Positions 22,801-28,813 of a stretch of 32,000 nt of DNA are shown here, in pieces. Positions within the stretch are counted from its first letter, which is position 1; each line of letters starts with the position of its first letter. Position numbers and translations under genes: made by a program. Source of the stretch: Ruminococcus flavefaciens (GTDB taxonomy: Bacteria > Bacillota > Clostridia > Oscillospirales > Ruminococcaceae); NCBI GenBank assembly GCA_002309635.1, contig DBXO01000042.1, positions 47,120-79,119 on the forward strand. The letters run 5' to 3'. Below the pieces are notes generated by a model. The model saw nothing but the letters and a program-made list of their open reading frames with translations. It searched no databases and was not told the origin of the DNA.

Positions 22801-24869
22801 TATATCAGCGGGTGCCGTTTAAAATCACGGCTCGTTTCGTATGAATCGTATTCCGCCTTTGCTATTGCCGTGCATTCTTCCGCAAGTCGGTCAACTTCCT
22901 CCGACTTTTCATATATCACGGGAAACTTTGCAACCTCTCCCGACTGAAAATTAAGTGTGGGATTAAGCTGGCCGAAAATATACTCAAACACCTTTGAATT
23001 GAGCAGGGCGCAGATAAAGTTTTTCTTTTCACCGAGCCCGAATATGCAGCAGCCGCCGTTATCAAATATATATCCCTCACCGAACTGCCTTATGCTGAAT
23101 TTTCCGCTTGTGACCGTAGACCATGTGAGCCCCGCTTTTGTAAAGTACTGATAGTTGGCTATTACCGCAGTCGGTATTCTGCGTATCTCAGCTGCGTCAT
23201 CGTACCAGTCTATGAGATAGTCATTGAAACCATACCACTTCTGATAGCCTCCTCCCTTATTATAGGGGAACCACCGCCTTGTGAGAGTATCCTCCCTGTC
23301 AATTGAACTGCTGCCGAGGTTCATCTTATGCTTGTCAACTTCATGCCACAGGCGCAGGAAACGGTCGTTGTCGGAGGTGGAATTGCCCTTTCGCGGAGCT
23401 GAAATGCTGCCGAGGGGCGGATACTTGCTGTAGAGCTCCCTCACTCTGCCGCTTATCCAGTAGGCTGCGGGAGCATTTGGTATCTTCTCAAATTCCTTCG
23501 ATGAGGTCTCATAAACATTTGCAGAATCTTTGTCAGTTATAGCTGCAAGAAACTTTTCACGCTGCAAGGCAAGTCCACCTCTGAAATCCGTCAGGCGGAT
23601 ATAAACGCCCATGACGTCAGTTCGGCAGTTCCTCAATGTAAATGCGCAGACAGGGACAGTGGCGTCCTCAAAGGAAGAATACTCAAAATGCACCAGTGTT
23701 TCGAGAGTTTTTTCATTGAACATCATTCTGCGCAGCTTCTCATAGCTGCGTATGAACATCCATACATAAGGAGTAAGAAAGCCGAGATAGCCGCCCTCCT
23801 CCGCCAGCTCGCAGCAGCGGACGATAAACGCCGAGAACAGATCAGCATGATAATCCGCATATTCTCTTTTCAGGTAGCCGAGAAGCTCCTTATTCATGTT
23901 ACTGCACGACATATAGGGCGGATTGGTGACCACAGCGCTGTATTTCCTTGAAAGGATCCTGCAAGCCCCATTTGCAGCTTCATTTTTACTGAGCGGCAGA
24001 CCTGGACGTATCAGACTTCCAAATAGCTCCGCACCACTGAAACTCTCCGAACAGCCGTCAAGCCTTTCCGTATCATATACCTGCGGAACGACAGCGCTGC
24101 CGAGTATATTCCGGCTGTAATCAGCTGCCTTGAGCAGCAGGGCAGCGCGGGCTATCCTGCAAACCTTACTGTCGATATCTATGCCGAAAAGATTGTTTTC
24201 GAGTATCAGCACCGCCGCTTCCTCTTCAGATCTCCCCTGCGCCCTGTAAAGCTCCATGAACATATCAAAGGCGCAGACCAGTATATTTCCGCTGCCGACA
24301 CATGGATCAAGGAGAGTTATTTTTTCTGGCGGGAGCTTGCTTTTATCCGTTTTTCGCGTGATATAGTACTCAAGCTTTGAAATATCAAAGCCGCAGTGAG
24401 CTGAAAACAGCCGCCCGAGTGTATTTTCTGTCATATAACGTGCTATCCAGTCGGGGGTGAATATCTGAGTTGCCGTAGCCATATTCTCGTTACCAACTCT
24501 TGAACTGTTCCTGAGACCGCCGAGTATACTGTCTTTTTTCACGCTGTTGCAGTACTGATACAGCTGCCCGATAAACCTGACATTGCTTTTCCACATTCCG
24601 GAGGGTATTTCCGAAAGAAGTTCCTTTACCACAGCAGCACCCGCAGCTATATCCTGCTCCGCCTCATGTTCACGGAACACACAGGGCATAAGACGTGTCA
24701 GCTCCGCCCCGGTATACTCCTCTGTCAGCGCATTTTTGGACATATAGACAGAAACTGCCCCACGCAGAAAGGCTTCAAATAAAAGCTCCTCTCTGTCATC
24801 TCCACAAAATAATGACGTGAGCCTTTCTCTTATGGACAGTGCGAGGTTTTTTATTGCCGTTTTCTTTAT
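22800..24869 (-). CDS. solitary N6-adenine DNA methyltransferase, PglX/Eco57I-like (gamma class) with C-terminal target-recognition region; probable ATA start
   Basis: Motif I is LLDPCVGSGNILV and motif IV is VVTNPPYM. The PglX-type signature is QLYQY...ATQIFTPDWIARYMTENTLGRLF, and the C-terminal segment is WFPYNKGGGYQKWYGFN. The track ATG at 24959 has no SD and lies upstream of an internal promoter. A strong SD (GGAAGGGAGGGAG) sits 7 nt before the in-frame ATA at 24869-24867, which gives (M)KKTAIKNLALSIRERL. If the ATG is used, the span is 22800-24959. Confidence 0.8.
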   Translation of the reverse strand: MKKTAIKNLALSIRERLTSLFCGDDREELLFEAFLRGAVSVYMSKNALTEEYTGAELTRLMPCVFREHEAEQDIAAGAAVVKELLSEIPSGMWKSNVRFIGQLYQYCNSVKKDSILGGLRNSSRVGNENMATATQIFTPDWIARYMTENTLGRLFSAHCGFDISKLEYYITRKTDKSKLPPEKITLLDPCVGSGNILVCAFDMFMELYRAQGRSEEEAAVLILENNLFGIDIDSKVCRIARAALLLKAADYSRNILGSAVVPQVYDTERLDGCSESFSGAELFGSLIRPGLPLSKNEAANGACRILSRKYSAVVTNPPYMSCSNMNKELLGYLKREYADYHADLFSAFIVRCCELAEEGGYLGFLTPYVWMFIRSYEKLRRMMFNEKTLETLVHFEYSSFEDATVPVCAFTLRNCRTDVMGVYIRLTDFRGGLALQREKFLAAITDKDSANVYETSSKEFEKIPNAPAAYWISGRVRELYSKYPPLGSISAPRKGNSTSDNDRFLRLWHEVDKHKMNLGSSSIDREDTLTRRWFPYNKGGGYQKWYGFNDYLIDWYDDAAEIRRIPTAVIANYQYFTKAGLTWSTVTSGKFSIRQFGEGYIFDNGGCCIFGLGEKKNFICALLNSKVFEYIFGQLNPTLNFQSGEVAKFPVIYEKSEEVDRLAEECTAIAKAEYDSYETSRDFKRHPLI

Positions 24870-24900
24870 AAAGCTCCCTCCCTTCCGAATTATTATTAAT

Positions 24901-24929
24901 ATTATAACATAAAGCTGCGAAAAGAGCAA
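24901..24929 (-). promoter_or_regulatory. sigma-A promoter of the methyltransferase gene (TTGCTC, 17-nt spacer, TGT-TATAAT)
   Basis: On the minus strand, TTGCTC (complement of 24924-24929), a 17-nt spacer, then TATAAT (complement of 24901-24906) preceded by TGT. Confidence 0.5.
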
Positions 24930-25053
24930 TATTTGCAGAGAAAAACTCACGATCACCATACTGCAACGCCGAATGATAAAATATTCACTAAACTATGACG
25001 GTCACATATGGTTTTATTTTATAGTAAAAAATACTATATTCATATTATATCCA

Positions 25054-25082
25054 TTGACAAAAAAAGGTTATTATGTTAGAAT
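25054..25082 (+). promoter_or_regulatory. sigma-A promoter of the GGDEF/EAL gene (TTGACA, 17-nt spacer, TGT-TAGAAT)
   Basis: TTGACA at 25054-25059 and TAGAAT at 25077-25082, with the spacer ending in TGT. Confidence 0.6.
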
Positions 25083-25129
25083 TGATGTGAAATGTAATTA
25101 TTTTTAATTCATTTCAGGGGGGGTATGAT

Positions 25130-27118
25130 ATGAGAGCTATTCTGAATGCGCTTGGTTTGGAAAAACACAGCGATTATGTCCGTGATTACTTTGACAACGT
25201 CAATATGCGTAAATGCATATATATGTCGACTGTTATAATAGTTCTTGAATTATGGATGATAATCCGTCTTACCAGGAAAATTTTTAAAGATAGTCTGCAC
25301 AGTCAGTTCATGCATTTATTTGAGAAATACTACTCAAACTATCTTATCCTGCTGTTCATGGGACTGATAATGCTCATATACTCAATAAGGTTTATCCGCG
25401 GAAAATGCAGGAACCGTGCAATGATAATCCTTACAAAGATCGTATTCATGGTAGTATGCATCTATTTTGGCATAAAAGTATCACTTAACGACTATTACAA
25501 GGGTGAACAGATACTCACCTTCATTACTATGGAGCTCTTTGCCCTGTGTCTCCTGACGTGGAGGCCGTTTTCGGCGTTTATCATTTCGGGAGCGTCATTC
25601 ATGTACTTTTACTACAAAATGAATCAGATGATCGCCGTAAGCACCATGATAAACCGCAATACGCTCTCGATTGCAAACATAAGCGATACAGGCGTTACGG
25701 AAGCGACAAAGATCAACTTTTTCTTCATGTGGATATCCACTATAATGGTATGCATAGCAAATTACAACGGCATAAGGGCTCAGGCTCTGAAAGCCGAGAA
25801 TTTGCAGGAGGTCAACAACTACCTTTCAAAGCTCTCTGTTGAAGATGAGCTCACGGGCATACACAACATGGTATACTTCCGCAATGAAGCCGAAAAGGTG
25901 CTCAATTACGTCACTACTGACAGGGATAATATAGTTTTCCTCTTCTTTGATATTGAAAACTTCAAATCCTACAACGAAAAATACGGATTTCATGCAGGAA
26001 ACGATCTGCTCATCAAGATCGCTCACATGATAGATGACGCCTTTAACAACTCTCTTGTTTCAAGGTTTTCGGATGACCATTTCGTAGTGCTGACAAGCAT
26101 AGACGGAGCCAAGAACATAATAGGAAAGCTTTCGGGAGAGATAAAGAAGCTCCAGAAAGAAGTACACCTTGAGCTCAAATGCGGTGCATACAAGCCAATT
26201 GGCAACGAAGCTGACATAAGCCTTGCCTGTGACCGTGCACGATTTGCCTGCAACAGCATAAAAAAGCACTTTGACCGTACTCTCAGGCTTTACGACAAAA
26301 CACTGGAGGACAAGTTCCAGCTCAAGCAGTACATTGTAAACAACATCGACAACGCTATTGCAAACGGATATATAAAGGTATATTATCAGCCTATTCTACT
26401 TACAAAGAATAAAGAGATATGCGGACTTGAAGCCCTTGCAAGATGGCAGGATCCGAACTATGGTCTGCTCTCTCCGGGTATCTTCATAGAAATACTGGAG
26501 GAATACCGGCAGATCTACAAGCTTGATCAGTGCATAATCGAATCTGTTTGCAGGGATTACCGTGAAGCAGTGGACAGCAATAAGCCGTTTGCCCCCGTAT
26601 CACTTAACTTTTCAAGGCTCGATTTTGAGCTCTGCGATATAGTCGGTTTCCTATGTGAAGCTGTTAAGAAATACAACGTTCCAAAGGAATTCATCGACGT
26701 TGAGATCACTGAAAGCGCTCTTACCGACCAGCATGAATTTCTGCCGAATGCTATAAAGAATCTGCGTGAATTCGGTTACAGGGTATGGCTGGACGACTTC
26801 GGAAGCGGCTATTCCTCACTCAATGTTCTTAAGGATTATCATTTTGACGTGCTGAAGATAGATATGAAGTTCCTTTCGGGATTCAGCAATAACAACAAAA
26901 CACGGCCAATCCTTGAAAATATTGTGAGCCTTTCCAAGCAGCTTGATATGCTGTCTCTTACCGAGGGCGTAGAAACAAATGAGCAATGCGAATTTCTTAC
27001 TTCCATCGGCTGTGACCGCGTTCAGGGCTATCTTTTCAGCAAGCCCGTTCCGATCGAAACGCTGAGAGAAAGGATAGCAAAAGGCGAACTTACCATATGC
27101 GACGAATATAAAAGCTGA
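25130..27118 (+). CDS. membrane-bound c-di-GMP phosphodiesterase: multi-TM sensor region, degenerate GGDEF domain, intact EAL domain
   Basis: About six TM helices in aa 30-215. The GGDEF fold is recognisable (DELTGIHNMVYF ... FFDIENFKSYNEKYGFHAGNDLL) but the signature is RFSDDHF instead of RxGGDEF. The EAL motifs are all present: YYQPI, GLEALARW, SLNFS, VEITES, LDDFGSGYSSL, LKIDMKF, TEGVET, VQGYLFSKP. Confidence 0.9.
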   Translation: MRAILNALGLEKHSDYVRDYFDNVNMRKCIYMSTVIIVLELWMIIRLTRKIFKDSLHSQFMHLFEKYYSNYLILLFMGLIMLIYSIRFIRGKCRNRAMIILTKIVFMVVCIYFGIKVSLNDYYKGEQILTFITMELFALCLLTWRPFSAFIISGASFMYFYYKMNQMIAVSTMINRNTLSIANISDTGVTEATKINFFFMWISTIMVCIANYNGIRAQALKAENLQEVNNYLSKLSVEDELTGIHNMVYFRNEAEKVLNYVTTDRDNIVFLFFDIENFKSYNEKYGFHAGNDLLIKIAHMIDDAFNNSLVSRFSDDHFVVLTSIDGAKNIIGKLSGEIKKLQKEVHLELKCGAYKPIGNEADISLACDRARFACNSIKKHFDRTLRLYDKTLEDKFQLKQYIVNNIDNAIANGYIKVYYQPILLTKNKEICGLEALARWQDPNYGLLSPGIFIEILEEYRQIYKLDQCIIESVCRDYREAVDSNKPFAPVSLNFSRLDFELCDIVGFLCEAVKKYNVPKEFIDVEITESALTDQHEFLPNAIKNLREFGYRVWLDDFGSGYSSLNVLKDYHFDVLKIDMKFLSGFSNNNKTRPILENIVSLSKQLDMLSLTEGVETNEQCEFLTSIGCDRVQGYLFSKPVPIETLRERIAKGELTICDEYKS

Positions 27119-27128
27119 TAATTATTGT

Positions 27129-27157
27129 ACGGTGCAGCCAAGGCTGCGCCGTTTTTT
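27129..27157 (+). terminator. rho-independent terminator after the GGDEF/EAL gene
   Basis: ACGGTGCAGCC-AA-GGCTGCGCCGT-TTTTTT: an 11-bp stem with one mismatch (A opposite C). Confidence 0.8.
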
Positions 27158-27240
27158 GCACTTTAAGTGTACAAAAAGCACTGTTTTCGACCTAAATAGT
27201 ATTATTAATACCTAAAATATTATATTATAGCAAAATTATG

Positions 27241-27269
27241 TTGCACTTTCATGCTACTTATGGTATAAT
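27241..27269 (+). promoter_or_regulatory. sigma-A promoter of the GH5 gene (TTGCAC, 17-nt spacer, TATAAT, TG-extended)
   Basis: TTGCAC at 27241-27246, a spacer ending in TGG, then TATAAT at 27264-27269. Confidence 0.6.
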
Positions 27270-27325
27270 AACTATAGAAAATTATTTTGTTTCTTGGGAT
27301 ATTAAAATACTATGGAGGAATCGTT

Positions 27326-28771
27326 ATGAAAAAACAATTCATAAGCATCAGTCTGTCAGCTGTCATGCTCGCGTCAGTAATTCCGGCTGCCGGTAACAGC
27401 TTCACCTGCACGTCTGCCGCCGACTCGGAAATGCGTGATATGACAACTATGGAAATAGTCAGAGACATGGGAGTGGGCATAAACCTCGGAAACACGCTTG
27501 AAGCCTGCGGCGACTGGATAGCCGATGTGGACAGGCAGTGGGGCGACGGCATACTCACAGTGGAAGAATACGAGACCGCCTGGGGCAGCCCTGTTATCAC
27601 AAAGGAAATGATAAAGGGTATGGCAGATGAGGGATTCGGAGTTGTCAGAGTTCCCGTTGCATGGTCCAACCTTATGGAGGACGGCTACAAGATAAACAAG
27701 GACCTCGACGCAAGAGTCCATGAGGTCGTTGACTGGATAATCGAGTGCGATATGTATGCTATCATCAATATCCACTGGGATAACGGCTGGGTAAATACCT
27801 TTCCTGACAACAAGGACGAATGTATGCTCAGATATCAAACCATGTGGACGCAGATAGCCGACAGCTTCAAGGAGTACGGCGACAGACTCATGTTCGAGTC
27901 TCAGAACGAGGAGCTCGGCTGGGAAAAGCTCTGGAATCCGTGGGGCAGCACAGACGGCAAGGCTGAATCATATGCTCTTGTAAACGAGATAAATCAGAAA
28001 TTCGTTGACGTTGTCCGCAGTTCCGGCGGAAACAATCCTAAACGTCATCTGCTCATATCAGGCTACAACACAGGCTTTGACCGCACCTGCGATCCCCTGT
28101 TCAAAATGCCTTCCGATCCCGCAGACAGAATGGCAGTATCTGTCCATTACTACACTCCCGCAGGATTTGCCATACTCGAGGACGAGGACGCAGACTGGGC
28201 AAAGGCTCGTCCCACATGGGGCACCGACGCAGACTATAAGGAACTTTACGATAATATGGACATGATGAAAAAGGGATATATCGATAAAGGTATCCCGGTC
28301 ATCGTTGGTGAATACGGCTGTCCTTCAAAGGGCAAGGAACCCGATTCTGTCAGACTTTTCATCAGCTCCGTATGCAAGGCTGCTTACGAAAGAGGATTAT
28401 GTCCCGTATTATGGTCAACTCCAGGCGGACACTATGACCGCGAAAAATGTCAGATGGCAGATCAGGAGCTGAAAAAGCTTCTGAATGAGATATCAGGCTT
28501 TGAACCAAAGCAAACCGTTACTACAACAACTACTATTCCAGATACAACAACAGCTTCACCACAAACTACAGCTATGACAACGGAAAAACAGCCTCTCAGG
28601 GGAGATTTAAACAAGGACGGCTCTTTTAACGTTGCTGACCTTGTAGCCCTCCAGCAGTTCATTCTCGGAAATGGACAGCTGGAGGCGTGGGAAGCCGCAG
28701 ATTTGTGCGAGGATAAGGTTATCGATATCTTCGATGTTATCGCTATCAGGAAACTTCTCATATACAATTAA
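27326..28771 (+). CDS. cellulosomal glycoside hydrolase family 5 (endoglucanase-type) with Thr-rich linker and C-terminal dockerin
   Basis: I moved the start to ATG 27326 (MKKQFISISLSAVMLASV signal peptide), which follows GGAGGA. GH5 motifs: GINLGNTLEA, HWDNGW, FESQNEE (acid/base Glu), VHYYTP, VGEYG (nucleophile Glu). The dockerin is GDLNKDGSFNVADLVALQQFILG...EDKVIDIFDVIAIRKLL. Confidence 0.9.
   Translation: MKKQFISISLSAVMLASVIPAAGNSFTCTSAADSEMRDMTTMEIVRDMGVGINLGNTLEACGDWIADVDRQWGDGILTVEEYETAWGSPVITKEMIKGMADEGFGVVRVPVAWSNLMEDGYKINKDLDARVHEVVDWIIECDMYAIINIHWDNGWVNTFPDNKDECMLRYQTMWTQIADSFKEYGDRLMFESQNEELGWEKLWNPWGSTDGKAESYALVNEINQKFVDVVRSSGGNNPKRHLLISGYNTGFDRTCDPLFKMPSDPADRMAVSVHYYTPAGFAILEDEDADWAKARPTWGTDADYKELYDNMDMMKKGYIDKGIPVIVGEYGCPSKGKEPDSVRLFISSVCKAAYERGLCPVLWSTPGGHYDREKCQMADQELKKLLNEISGFEPKQTVTTTTTIPDTTTASPQTTAMTTEKQPLRGDLNKDGSFNVADLVALQQFILGNGQLEAWEAADLCEDKVIDIFDVIAIRKLLIYN
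28601..28768 (+). other. dockerin module of the GH5 enzyme
   Basis: GDLNKDGSFNVADLVALQQFILGNGQLEAWEAADLCEDKVIDIFDVIAIRKLLIYN. Confidence 0.85.
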
Positions 28772-28774
28772 TTG

Positions 28775-28806
28775 AAAAAAGCTTCACCGAAGGGTGAAGC
28801 TTTTTT
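28775..28806. terminator. bidirectional terminator between the convergent GH5 and GH43 genes
   Basis: AAAAAAGCTTCACC-GAAG-GGTGAAGCTTTTTT: a perfect stem with A/T runs on both sides. Confidence 0.9.
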
Positions 28807-28813
28807 CTTTATA

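Noticed and set aside
22800-24959. The possibility that the PglX-like methyltransferase marks a BREX or type IIG restriction locus.
   Set aside because: No PglZ, BrxA/B/C/L, helicase, nuclease or specificity genes occur on either side. The neighbours are housekeeping or cellulosomal genes with their own promoters and terminators. It is reported as an orphan enzyme instead.
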